Shown here: positions 37,101-49,400 of the stretch, in pieces
Numbering within the stretch: the stretch's first letter is position 1
How the letters are laid out: every line of letters begins with the position of its first letter
Origin: Takakia lepidozioides
Lineage: Eukaryota > Plantae > Bryophyta
Assembly: GCA_030704615.1 (NCBI GenBank)
Contig: CM060733.1
Span: 46,376,001 to 46,440,000 of the forward strand
Direction: 5' to 3'
Length of the DNA: 64,000 bases
Notes under the pieces: model-generated
Told to the model about the DNA's origin: nothing
Seen by the model: the letters and a program-made list of their open reading frames with translations, nothing else
Database searches by the model: none
Position numbers and translations under genes: made by a program

Positions 37101-37687
37101 TAGTGATGAAGCCATCTCCTCCAACCGTTTGGCCCGTGAAGGTGGGAACACATCTCAGCTTTCAGGAGATTGAAATGCTGGAGGAGGCAGGTTTTTCCCT
37201 TGCGAGACAACCCCAACTCCATGCATGTGCTACTACTCCTGCGTCCTCCCGGGTCCCCCCGGCAAATCCTGACTTGTGGCCAACCAAACGAGATGGAAAG
37301 CTCGTTCGGCGTTTCCCTCCAACCGCTGAACACTTTGGCAAAGTGGAGTCCGCAAGAATGCTCCAAGCTCGTGTCGGAAGCACCACGGAAGTACCCGATC
37401 CAGGATATGGTCGGGTATTCACAATCATCACTTCCACATCTGCTGTTCATGACAGGACCTACGACATCACGGTTTCCAATTTCCCCAATTGCACATGTCC
37501 TGATTTTGTGAATATGCTATCAACCAGTTTGGGCAAGAGAGGTAAATTCATACCCTGCAAACATTTGTATTTCATATTTTTGAGGAGGATGGTTTGCGAT
37601 CCCAAACGTGACAACTTCATTCACCAGGCCACTATGAGTTTCAACGAGGTCGATACTCTTTTGCAGCGGGATACAACACATGGGTAG
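34174..37687 (+). CDS. MULE-type transposase: GCM-like Zn domain, DDE core, SWIM finger (one intron about 36184-36300; frameshifts near 34720 and 35610)
   Basis: CNGHLRCDNLNC...CKFCK...CGAR...HNHP; MFDHVKRV, FMADSAQA, CLFHW, CNLAETVHNAW; CTCPDF...PCKHLYF. Confidence 0.85.
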
Positions 37688-38139
37688 CATGAACTATGTA
37701 ATGTGGTATGTGGATGACCATGATTTGAAATGTGTAATTCACATCAATTCGTCGGCTGTGCAATGATATGGCCTCCAACTATACGGAGTGAGGTCTGAGT
37801 GACAACTTTTAGGTAGTGCACATTTGTCATTGCACCGTTCGAAGTCTACATGTCTTGCTGTTGCTATGCACTACAATGATCTTTTGAAGATGATCATAAC
37901 TCTCATTGTTATTTGAGGAGGGAGGAAGTCTTCTCGTGGCAGCCTTTATGGCGCACACTTTGTGAGGATATTTTGTCGTCTTCGTAATTGTAAAAGTGAA
38001 ACAAACATTTGTAATTGCACAATGTTGGATGCTGCAATTGTAGGCCTCAACGCTCGTCTTGATTCTATTTAGGCAAGATTCCCTGCATTAATTCCACGGT
38101 CATAGGACCATCCACGGTTATAGGCGGCGCATGTTAATG

Positions 38140-38337
38140 CTGACGTGGCAGTTGACGGACAGTGCCACGTCATCATTTACCGCCACATCAGCATGCTGAC
38201 ATGACGCTCACGCCACGTCAGCATGTGTGCAGGCTCACGCCACGTCAGCTGGCGTGAGCGTACGCTCACGCCACGTCATTCCTGCGTGAGCGTACGCTCG
38301 CGCGCTCACGTGCAACGCTCACGCCATTGCGTCGTTG
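38140..38337 (-). repeat. Right TIR/subterminal repeats
   Basis: Three tandem GCTCACGCCACGTCA units and GCGTGAGCGTACGCTC palindromes. Confidence 0.8.
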
Positions 38338-38549
38338 CTTCGTGGTGGTTCGTCATAAAAGGACGGTGTTGTTTGTGAAACCCCCGGGACAGTCACAGAA
38401 GTATATATAGGGAGTAGTAACCCCGAGAACGGTGCAAGCCCGTTAGTGACCAAAAACTAGTGAGTAAGCGTGCGAGCCGGAAAACGACCAAGGAGTGGGG
38501 AGCTGTTCTGGACTGCCAACAACCAAAGGGAATTTTCACTAGGCCCAAA
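38338..38549 (+). repeat. Diverged LTR, right part (truncated)
   Basis: Homologous to about 15157-15368; similarity stops after CACTAGGCCCAAA. Confidence 0.88.
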
Positions 38550-38829
38550 GTGAGCGAGGGTCTCGTGTCTAAGACTATGTCATGTAGGCACAAAAAATCT
38601 TTCAAAAGAGAAACCCTAATCTCTACTTCTACAACTACAAGATCTAATCCTTCTTATCATGTTAATACTAAGGGTTCAAATGATGATGACACATGTTACG
38701 CTAATCCCTAATAATCACAAAAGGTCTAATCATTCTATTCATGTTAGGATACTACATATTACAGTAAGGGTTCATATAATGATGGCACCTGTACACTTGT
38801 GCACTCTACACTTTATACTTGTAGGTGCT

Positions 38830-39290
38830 TGAATTGTTTACACCAACTGTTCATATAAGGGCTCGGGTTGCGAACTCCGAGGAACTGAACAAAATCGAAA
38901 AGAAGCCTCGCCCGAGAGGGATGCAAAAGTGGGAAGTCAATCCCCCAGCCGATCCAAGGTGCTCCATGGCCCAATCCCTGGCCCAGTATCTATCCCTGAC
39001 TCTCCCAGGAAAGTAGACTAGGACTCCTTACTCCGAGAGGAGTTGGGAATGTTCTTTGACAAGAGCCAGATCGAGCTTCAACACTTCCTGAGCTTCATCA
39101 AGATCTCCCGCATCTTCACTCCAGACCATCGTCTGATCAGGGTCTGTCCTTGCAAGAGGGGCAGTCCCCAAAACACCTGGTCCTGACAAGTTGTCTCGTC
39201 TTTGATCCCTCCAGAGGGGCCCGCGGGCGCCCCGATCACGTTGATCAGCTCTATGATCCCGTTCCCGACGAGCGGGTCTGTGATCACGAT
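38830..39290 (-). pseudogene. Probable L1 ORF1 (DUF4283-like) relic
   Basis: Minus-strand GVLVYFPG...WARDWAMEHLG...CIPLGRGFFSILFSS, with in-frame stops. Confidence 0.45.
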
Positions 39291-39301
39291 CACGGTGAGC
39301 T

Positions 39302-39700
39302 TATCAAGTTAAATAAGCACAGTGTGAAAACAACTAGAATAAAGCTAGTTATTTGTATTTAACACTTGGATTTAGGTCAAGTGTTAAATCAGGTGTCAAG
39401 TTTAGTTTGACACTTGAACCGTCTTATCTTCACGAGAGCGGCAGTCGCGCAGCTCATCTCTCTCGAGTTGAGCCTACGCGACCGAGCTCCTGCATCGTTT
39501 AGGACTGTTGTGGGGTGGAGTCCCCACAGCTTGGGGTGCCCTTGGCTCGACTTCTATTGTAAAGAGTGATAGCGATGGATTTCATATTTCTTGTGTTGGG
39601 AGTGTGTGTGTTTTTAGCTTTCTCAATCACTCGATAGAGATCACTTGCATCTGTGAGTGCCAGAGGTGAGTTTAGTTTAGCACTTGTAGTTTTTTTTGTT
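39302..39700 (+). mobile_element. LTR-like repeat family Y, copy B
   Basis: Strong similarity to 3333-3760. Confidence 0.8.
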
Positions 39701-40419
39701 TTGGAAGTGACAGAAGAATATTATGGTAGATTATGTTTGTGACAAGGCTGGTGGAGCAGCAAGATGATGCGCAAATGTAAGGAAGACTGTGTCTGTTGGT
39801 AGCTGCTGACAACCGTAACTCTGTCCATGGACTTCTTCTCCGAAGGTGGAAGACTGTATGCAACATGCATGCAAGAGTGTGGTTGTGACAAGGGAACAAA
39901 CGCTTGCGGTTGCAAAGCTGTTGCAAGTTGGGCACTTGGTGCGTCGCTATAACTGCAACTGTACAGGAGCACCGCAAGAGGCAGATTGCTCTACAGCCTT
40001 TGTTGTACCTGGTCAGTCCAATGGTGACAAATCCAGACCTTGTTAAAGCAATATAGACAGAGAAGCGATTTGTAGAAAGAAGGTGAGGAGCAGTGAAGAG
40101 TGTACGGGAAAGGGAGCTCTGGCAGCCATGGCAAAGCATCGCGCTCCGCATCACGAGTTATCTCGAAAGAATCGAAGAAGAGTAACGATGCGAAAAGCCC
40201 GCTTACAGTGTTGAAAACATTCAACACAACATGCGGATTATCTACCTGAGTGCTGCTGAAGCTGCATGGATTAAGCTTCTTCAACACGGCCAATGGAGTG
40301 TTCATTATATGACAGTTATGACCAAGGAAGTGAGGAAACACCTCATCTGCTCAGCTCAAGCTTTCCCGCTCTACAAGCTCCACGCTAAAGCAGACATGGT
40401 GAAATGGAAGGGATGCACT

Positions 40420-40562
40420 CGGCTTTGTGGTAGCTGAAGCCAAGAGACAGGGAATACGATTGATACTCACCTTCACCAATAATTATTCTATCTTCGGTGG
40501 AAGACGCAATATGTGCAATGCGCGAGCCAGTATGCTGGTATTCATCTGAATTCGGAGGATGG
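40420..40562 (+). pseudogene. GH5 endo-beta-mannanase exon fragment
   Basis: FVVAEAKRQGIRLILTFTNNYSIFGGR / QYVQCASQYAGIHLNSED (1 frameshift). Confidence 0.72.
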
Positions 40563-40898
40563 CGGCGTATGTGAAGAACTGGGATTCTAATCATGTGTTG
40601 GAGCTGCAGGGAGGTAGCGTGGTGGCGTAGGGTCGCAAGCACGGGGTCGGGGACATTGGCTAGGGACAGCAACGGCAGCGCCGGCCGGGTAGAAGGCTGA
40701 ACTGAAATGCTTGGTGTCAGTTGGAATGACCAGCAACCTTTCCCTCCAGCAAGTCCACCCAACATAGCTCAGAGACAGAGGAGACCTGTGACCTTTGCAT
40801 CCATTTGGGGGACATAATGGTTTCCAGCAACGAGCTGTTAGGAGATCTGCAGCCGCTTTTCTTTCCCAAATCACAGATGAATGAAGGAGACTGTCACC

Positions 40899-40935
40899 GA
40901 GATATGGAGTGAGTGGTTATCCAACCTTGAAGTTT
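40899..40935 (+). pseudogene. Protein disulfide isomerase micro-fragment
   Basis: RYGVSGYPTLKF; very short. Confidence 0.5.
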
Positions 40936-41004
40936 GTGGCCAGTTTGAACGTTGTTGCTGCCCAACTTGGCCAGACACTCGGTACACGAGCTTGCAAAGC
41001 TGCA

Positions 41005-41062
41005 GGGAACATTGCAGACAAGTCCAACGGGGATGTTGCGGTGGATCAGTATACCGCTATCG
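41005..41062 (+). pseudogene. GH1 beta-glucosidase exon fragment
   Basis: GNIADKSNGDVAVDQY(H)RY preceded by a CAG acceptor-like site. Confidence 0.68.
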
Positions 41063-41564
41063 GGTATGCTCCTACATTGAACATGATCGCTACCTGAATT
41101 GAGATAGTGCCTTGCCCTATCGAAGTATGCAGATCTATGCTCCAAGCTTCAACAAAATGACGAAGCTGATCTGCTTACTCTCTACTCTCTGGATAGTCCA
41201 ACACAGTTGCCTTTGTCAATAAACTCCTTCACCACTTCCACATTTGACACTAGGTCCGAAGATTGTCTGAAGAGAGAGCAAGTGCAGATGGCAGCTATCC
41301 ACCAGGTTCTGACAGAGTATCATCAGGGCTTGTCCCTACATTAGGGATGGCTCGAGTGCTTGCATCACGGGAAACAGATGCCTGACGCTGCACAGGCCAT
41401 CGCCATCGCCACAACCATACACCCGAGCTCGAGAGTCGTCGCTGGAGCAAAGCAGCTCACTAAGAGAGTGAGCCTGTGGTGCACCCGTAACCACAAATGA
41501 AACCTGGGAACGGTTCTTAATGGCGGGAACGTTTTGGTGTTAAAAAAAAAAAAAAAAAAAAAAC

Positions 41565-42512
41565 TTTGATCTAATTTAAATGATAAAGAGCCTGGTTGGT
41601 CATATCTTTGTCAAATGAGCTCCGTTTGACTCAATTTTTGAGGGGATAGCTGCAGAAAGGGGAAATCTACCTATTTAGACCTAGTTTCTGTTTTTGGGAC
41701 TCTGCTAAAAATCTATGGAATTTTTAGAGTGTGAGTGTGCCGTGAAAGATCCACAATTCTGTTTCTAGAACCTGTTCTGGTCTATTTGAGAGACAAATCT
41801 GTGGATGTCCTCCTTGTATGGCTGGGGGAAATGAGGACGTAATTGAAGGGCATGTCTCTTCTCTTAGCCTGTGCACACAAGGGGACAGGATTTATGTTTC
41901 CCAAGGAACTCAGACTGATTTGAGTGGAGAACAGTTGGACGAGTTGATTGCAAACTGGGAGTCAGGCATTAGCAGTAGACAACAGACTGCTGTAGTTGGC
42001 GTTGAGGGCCTCAATATCGCTTTGGACAGTCAGAACTCTGTTGGACCCAGCAATTCTGCAGCTGTAAGAGAAATACCAAAGTGGGTGAAAGCTAGGCTTG
42101 GAACACAGCCAAAGACAGCCCCGGGGACCAAGGTGTTCAGCCACAAGGCTGTGGTGTACTGGAGCAGAGGAGCAGGAGCTACACAAGTTTGTGCAATCAG
42201 ACAGCGTTGCAGCCGGACACGCTCTGCACAAGGCAACCACGAGCGGGGGTTCATTAGCGAGGACAAGTTTGTTATGTTTGAAGGAGATGCAGTCATTCGC
42301 AATGAGGACACCCGCAACCGTCTCAAAGCTTTCAAGTTGAGAGACTATTAGACCCTACCTTTGTTTTCTTTAGTGTTCAGTGAGCGGGAGATAGCAGAGT
42401 GTTGCTTTGTTTCTACCTGGCAGAAAGATGAGGAGGGTTGGTTAGAGCGAGCTACTGTAGCTTGGGACAAGGTTAGTGGCATGTTTCTGGACATAGATAT
42501 ACCTCCTACACC
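41565..42512 (+). repeat. Repeat X, second copy, preceded by A22
   Basis: Homologous to 13445-14382; A-run at 41542-41563. Confidence 0.85.
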
Positions 42513-43086
42513 TTACCATCATGCAGAGCGAGGCACTTTGAGAGAAGTCTGGAAGTTGATAGCATACATCAGGATTAGATCTTGCTTGGGCGGGCTTCTA
42601 TTCTTCCCCTCCATCTCTGTACTATTTTCATTACCTTGTACTCGTAGTTGCCAAAGCCTCTCTTGGTGGAGGCCAGTCAGTCCGGGGTTTTGGGCTAGGA
42701 TATTCTGCAGGATCAGCATTGTAGCTGGATTTTGGTGTGGGGGTGTTGATGTTTTGATTTCTTGTGTTTGGATCCCCCCCAACACCTGCATGCTTGACTG
42801 TGCGCCATATTGGTTTTGTGTGGGCGCTTGCTTTCATAGGGATTAGGCCGGATTTGATCACCGGTCAATCCTAGAGTATGTTGTCGGTGGTGAGGCTGGA
42901 GTGATGACCAGCAAGACCACCAGTGTTTCTTCTATGGTGAGGCTGGGTTGATGACCAACCAACCATAGGAGTTCTTGCGGTGGATGCAGGTGCAGGTGCC
43001 CTGAGCCATTGGGATATGACCCTTAGACTGCAACAGGTGCCCACCCGTGTCACTATTAGATTAGTACTAGAGCCTTATAGTGTCAC

Positions 43087-46000
43087 GTGGAGGAGGTGCA
43101 CATTGTGAGTGTCATTACGGAGTTACCCAAGGGTTTTGAGGGGAGTACGGCTACAGGCAGTAACAGTGAGAGTGGGTTCACAAGACGAGGTATTCGGTTC
43201 AAACCACCTTCACCGCCACCCTCAACTACTGTAGAGTCAGACACAGACTCGGAGGCTTCATCAACAGGTGTGCAGTTTCATTCGCCATTGTTGTGGGACG
43301 ACATGGAGGAGATGTATGGAGCTACCAAGGGGCCTCGTAGGTACTCTGGAGCTGTGGGCACAATCGAGTTGGATGACTTTATCCAGGAGTTCGACAGCTG
43401 GTGTGATTTGCAGCAGATGCGCAATCCACAGCTATTCACCCCATTCATGGCGTGGAAGGGACCGTTCCAGCATTTGGAAGGCCCGCCTATGGACGATTAC
43501 CACGAGTTCAGGCGAGGACACAAAGCAGAGATTGAGGAGTGGAGGATGTATTGGTCACCTGACTACGTCTCCATTACTCGAGGCACGACGCGACCAGTAG
43601 CTGCATCAGTACCAATATCTCCCACTACCAGCACTAGTAGTGGAACAAGTAGTGCCGGTACTTCTGTAGGTGGTACCAGTTCAAAAGGTGCTACTACTCC
43701 TCCTGCCACGACTACAACACATGTGCCTAGATTCAACCCGGTGGTGGAGTTCTTCCAGGAGTTGCGGAGGAACTACCAAGGTGTACGGACAGAGAAGCTG
43801 CGAAGTTTGCAAGACTTCCAGCGCAAACCCAGTGAGAGCTTGCGAGAGGCCTACACTCGTATGAGGCGCTTGATAAGTGTGACCCAAGGGGTTACTGAAG
43901 CTCAGGCAATCCAGTTCTAGTATGGAATTTTGGACAAGGAGCTCAGGAGAAGGGTGCGGGATGCAACCCTGTTACAAGCAGCCCAACCCACATTAGCAGA
44001 TGTGTTTCTGCTGGCTGAGCGGATTGAGCTCAACATGGTGGAGGAGCGAGTTGTTACCATTGGATTTGGCAAGGACATGCCTGCACGAGGCGCAGCTGCC
44101 AGCCCACAGGCACAAGGGATTGCCCAACAGCGTGGTCAGGGGGGCAAGGTTTCCCAACCCAAGTTCCATGGAGCTTACAGGGGACCTCAGGTGCAGAGGC
44201 CCGTGGCATCTTTTGCAGACCAACAGCAACCAGGGGTGATATGTTGGACATGTGGAGGACCCCATGTCAAGAGAGATTGCCCAGAGAGTGGCAAAAGGCC
44301 GGCACAAACACAGCCTGCACAGTTGCAGTGTGGGCATTGTGGCAAGTATGGGCATGGAGATGCCCAGTGTTATGACTTGCATCCTGAGTTGCGCCCAGGC
44401 CAGTTCCAAGGGAACAATGGTGGCCGGGGGTGAGGTGGACCAGCCCAAAGAGGACGAGGTGGTCGGGCACGAGGTGCAGGCCAAGGGCAAGCTCAACATG
44501 GCCAAGGACGCGGAGGTCAGGATGTTGACCAAGGCATGGCCAACCGGCTTCAGCAGCTAGAGCAAAGGCTCGCTGCCATGGCTACAGCTCAGGCGGTACC
44601 GGCTCCCAGGCGGGATGGTCCACCTCCTGTTCATGAGGGAGGAGATATGGGATTCATGTGCGGAGCAGCACTACCACTAGTGCAGATGGAGTCTGCTGCA
44701 GCCGTGACTCGAGGAGCAGCACGAGTTCCTGAGCCACGAGGTGCAGAGGTGGAGTTGGATCCACAACATGGGGAGGCAAGCCGTTAGGCGAGGCTGCCTC
44801 AGTTATCCACCTTGGCGGAGACAGTGTCAACACCATCCATGGCACCTAGTTCTCGCCCGACTGTTACCGAGGCGGAGGTTTCTATGCCATTGGGGAGAGC
44901 TACACGTGCGGCACTGACACCTGCTGCCAAGGCTAGTGCAGCCGGTGTGTTGTTGGGGGGCAGCCACCTCTGTGTGTCAAGCCCCACTGTTCTCGGCAAC
45001 CATGATTGCGACGCCGGGGGTAAGACCAGCTGCAGTGTTCAAACTAGCAGCAACACTCTGTGAGAGTGGGGAGGTCACTTCATCTTCTGCGGAGTTACTG
45101 GAAGGTGTAGTGGCAGAGGGATCCTTGGATTTGAGGGTCAAGACTGCCACGGCTGTGCCATGGCAAGCTGCAGCTGCCAGGTTGATGGAGCTGCCAGCTA
45201 AGCCAGCCTTTGAGCGCGCCATGGTGACACCTGGAGTTGTCTTGTTAGACAACCAGGATGGCATTTTCTCTTTGAGTGGACCGGCAGGCAAGAAGTACCG
45301 GCCACTGCGGGTCTTGTTGGACTCGGGAGCTCAGCCACTGATGTTGGGCAGAGCTGCTATTGCAGGTTTGGGCCTCATGGAGGCGGATATGGAGCCTTGT
45401 CCTTTCCAGATACAGACATCTCTGGGAGGATAAGAGCAGGCTCGGGGCATGACACGACATCAGTTGGCCATTAGACTGCAGCCGGATCATCCTATCGATG
45501 GCTCAGTCATGCGAGCCAAGGCCATTGTGACAGACGCGGTCTCTTACGATGTCCTCGTTGGTGGGGCAGTGTTATACCCCATGGGCTTCACCCTGGACTT
45601 TTGGGAAGAGTCAGCATTCTACAGGCCTGGATGGCAGTCAGGGGATGGTCGTCGTGCACAGCTCCCTATGACATTCATTGGGGGTATTGCGGCTGCCCAA
45701 CGGGCAAGATGCCAACACTAGCCGCCTTTACAGCTGTAGTTAGTTGGCCTGGAGAGTTGCTGGAAGGCAATGCCCATGCAGCAGATGTGCCACCTCCAGC
45801 AGAGCAGGATGACATGCATGGTATGGCGGAGTTGCCTGCCATGGTTGCTCACACTCCATTGTGGGGTACAAGCAAGGATTTGCAGCAGGTTGCTGATCGA
45901 CAGGTGCAACAAGCCTGGGTAGAGGCTTTTGTACCGTCAGGAGAGGAGGAGAGTGCGGGTATTGCACCAGGACCACCTCAGTTGTCACCATTGGATACCA

Positions 46001-46460
46001 CACCTATTGTGTGGCAGTATCCGGATGAAGGCATTTGCCTTCTGGACTTGTTTGGCGGGATCAGCACCGGATTGGCTGCTGTGCTACAGGCAGGTGTGCG
46101 GGTAAGGCGTTACCTGTATGTGGAGAGGGATGAGACTGCACGATGCATCTCACTGCGCCATGTTGCTCAGTTGGTACAGCAGTACCCTGCTTTGTTGCCA
46201 GTGTCTGCAGTTCGTGGATACCAACAAGCCTTGCCAGCAGACATTTCGTTGCTGGGGGCGCCGGATTTGGAGCAGGTTGGATCCATTGATCTGGTAGTGG
46301 CAGGTTGGCCCTGCCAAGGGCATTTATCAGCCGGGCATGGCAATGGATTGCGAGACTCGAGGACGGGTCTGTTTTGGGAGATGGTGCGGGTTTTGCGCCA
46401 CTTGCAGCTTCATCAAGCTGTATCTCCAGCATACATCTTGGAGAATGTGCCACTGATGGG
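43087..46460 (+). mobile_element. DNMT-Gypsy retrotransposon copy 2 (gag-PR-N-terminal half of DNMT; 3' truncated)
   Basis: Collinear with 13060-9730(-). In-frame stops in gag/PR. ORF 45601-46557 holds LDLFGGISTG, YVERD, AGWPCQG and LENV in one frame, then homology ends. Confidence 0.92.
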
Positions 46461-49400
46461 CCCCAACACCACGTCTTCTACCACGGCCGTGGATGGGTGG
46501 ACTCCGAGTGCCATGAACGGTCATGCTTGTTGCGAGTGCCTCCGCATAGACAGGTAGCACGCAAGACCGAGGAGGACTGGAAAGAAGTCCAAACAGGTGT
46601 GATAGCCCTGGAGGGCAAGTGGAAGCACGCGGACTCCTGCACATGTCGACAAAAACCCATTCAGAACACAATATGCAATACAGAAGTCCAACGAAGAGGA
46701 TGTCTGCCATGTGAACTTTGCCTCAAGAAGAGTGATTCTCGATATTGAAACAACAATGCAAGCATGCACAGGTTGAACTTACTCACAGGCAAAGTCGGAG
46801 TCCAGCTCCTTGTCGGAAGTCTCCTCTGTATCAATATCAGCGGGACGGGGCTTCGGAAGGACTTGAGAAGTGTGTCCACCCAAACCCATAAGGAGGTTGT
46901 TGTAAATCTCAGCATCCCCTTCAATCCCAAAGAGATGTCGGGCACTGGCCTTGCAAGCGTGGTACGAAGCACCTGCAGTGGAATAGAATGAAGGAAGCAG
47001 ACATTGAAGACACATATGGAACGGTGGGAAGTACTGAAAGTGCAAGCTCAATCAAACCTCATGAAATCCGAATGTTGAAGAGACGAACCTGTGCCCATTG
47101 ACAAATCCAGAACTCTGGCGTCTGTGTAGGTGCAGCACTCCACAATCGTTTGAATGAAAGCCGGGCTCCTCTCCCTCGCCCCTCTCCAAGGAACCCCATT
47201 CCCCCTTCGCAAGCAGACGTTGTTGTCGACGTAGTTGTGGTGCATGTCATCCGTTGGAGGATCTGTCCTGTCGTCTATGAACTTGCCCCCATGAGTGATG
47301 GCGAACTCCGAAATGCCGGCCGGAGTCGTTGGTGGATGCACCCGGACGAGACAAACAGCTTCAAACAAACGAGTATGCGAACAACACATTCAGAAGGAAC
47401 TAAGAAGCTTAAAAAATCAGGCCCCTACATATGAGATCGAGCGACCTATACAACTCCATCCGAGAACCACCAAGAAGAGGAAGAAGAAGGTAAATTTACC
47501 ATCTCTCCCGGACGATCCCCCTTCGTAAGGTACATGCTGTTCACACAATTCCATGTCTTCAAGACTCTCATGCCCGAGGCTTTCAAATAGCTGGCAAGTG
47601 CACGGCGACAGCGAACGTCGGCGGACTGTATGAGCACCAAAACACCTGCATCGGACAGGAAAAAATTGCAAAAGGAGAAAACCCACCGCCAATAGCGCTC
47701 ATCAAAAGCATTCCAACCCGGACAAGCACCCGATGGAGGGACATCCGGGACTGCCAACCCATCAGGGATGTCCAAGATTATGAGTTCGGCTGCATATTGC
47801 TTCTCCTTCCCGTTCACCCAGGATTTGGTCATTTTAGCCTGCAAACAAAATTACAATGGAATACTCAAGAGGATTGAAACGATCCATGCCCACTGCAGAG
47901 AAGATGCAAAAGAGAACACGCACCGTGCCGAGGAACTGTACAATCCTCTCCCACACTGGTGATGGCTCGCCCTTGTAATCAGATTTCTTCGACTCCATCA
48001 TGGCAAGAAATCCGACGTTGGCCATCTCCAACCTGGTAGGGCGAATGACCCTCGTCGGATGTTCCACTGCATGGTACGGGTCCTTGGGATCAACCACCCC
48101 CTTGTTCTTTCTCACGGATCCCCTACCATGCGGTGGAGTCTGCTGGACATGCACCACTGGGCCAATATTTGCAACACTTCCCTGCCCTTGTGCCACCTTC
48201 CCTCTACCCCTTCCTTTCCCCACAACACCAGCAACATCTTTCCCCTTTGCCTTTCTACCTCTACCCGGGGTATCCTGAGCAGGAGGCTCCTTCTCTGCAA
48301 GAGTCCTCAAATTTCGCTCATGAATGTCGAGGTCGGCTGCTGCGGCAGTGGCTGCAATTCGCTCATTCTCTCTCCTCAAAGACACCTCCGGAGCTGGGGT
48401 CTCAGAAGGAGGGCAATCCAAATACCAACCACAAGAAGATAGATGGTCTGGGCCCCAGTCATGCAAGATCCCAGTAGTAAACATAGTCTGATTTCCAGCA
48501 GGGACAAGCCAGAGGTCCACGAAATCTGGATGTTTGTCCAAACAATTCTCTTCCATGAGAACAAACTTTATGTACCTGCAGGAACAAAGACAGCCTCATT
48601 ATGCAATGCAATTATTGTCTCTCAGTTTTTCCATCACATTCCCCTTAAACTGTATGCGTCACAGTACATTGCAACCACAGGACACCAAGTAAACTGAACT
48701 GCCCAGGGAGTGCACCTGTAAAGGCATCGTTTCCAGGCTTCCTCTCCTTTTTCTTGCTGGTCAAGGTCATGTGTTCGACTGATGCCACCCTCCTTGCTGA
48801 ACTCTCTAAAGAAACAAGAGTGCCACACTGTGGCTCTCCATTTCCTCATGTATGCTTCGAAGGAGACCTTCGGTGCTGTCATAGTGATGCCATAGTCAGC
48901 CAGCTGAGTATGCAGAACCGACCGTGCCCTTTCTTCCAACTGCAAAACAATTCAAATGCAAGAATGAACCCAAAAAAATCATTGCGAATGTGAGAGGCAA
49001 TGGAAAAAGAAGGACAGGAAAAGAGAAAAGAAAGTGACACAGGAAAGGACAACACACCTGGCTCCAGTAAGTGGCCTTGTGAAGCCATGTGTCCAGCACA
49101 TTGTCACTGACTGGAATGACACGCTGGGTCTTCTTCTCTTTCTCCGGCCTGGGGAACATGTGTGTATCCCTAACAGTGGGATCGGAGTTCCATATCTGTA
49201 GCCACTTCACCTTCTGTTCTGAAGACACAACGGCGGTAGACAACCTGTGTAACTTCTCTTGGGCCATCTCTGGCTTGCCTGGCTTGTTATAATGGTTTTT
49301 TATCTCCAAGAAACTGCGCTCCGAATGATGGGTCGGCAATTCTCAACTGCTTCACAAAAGCACTCATTATAGTCCTTCTTGTAGCGGTCATCTCTTTTTG

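Larger units (their letters stand above)
26982..38337. mobile_element. Large Mutator-like DNA transposon (MULE-1, 11.36 kb) with divergent transposase and ParB/MTase-like accessory gene
   Basis: 9-bp TSD CTTCGTGGT at 26973-26981 and 38338-38346 (single copy in the intact LTRs). Imperfect TIRs CAGGGATGCCTCGGCGTGAGC / CAACGACGCAATGGCGTGAGC. MULE-type transposase. Confidence 0.93.

Noticed and set aside
43080-43110. PBS of the DNMT-Gypsy element (TGGAGGAGGTGCAC)
   Set aside because: The position is plausible, but I cannot match it to a tRNA 3' end and the upstream sequence does not match the LTR segment at 5431-5515.
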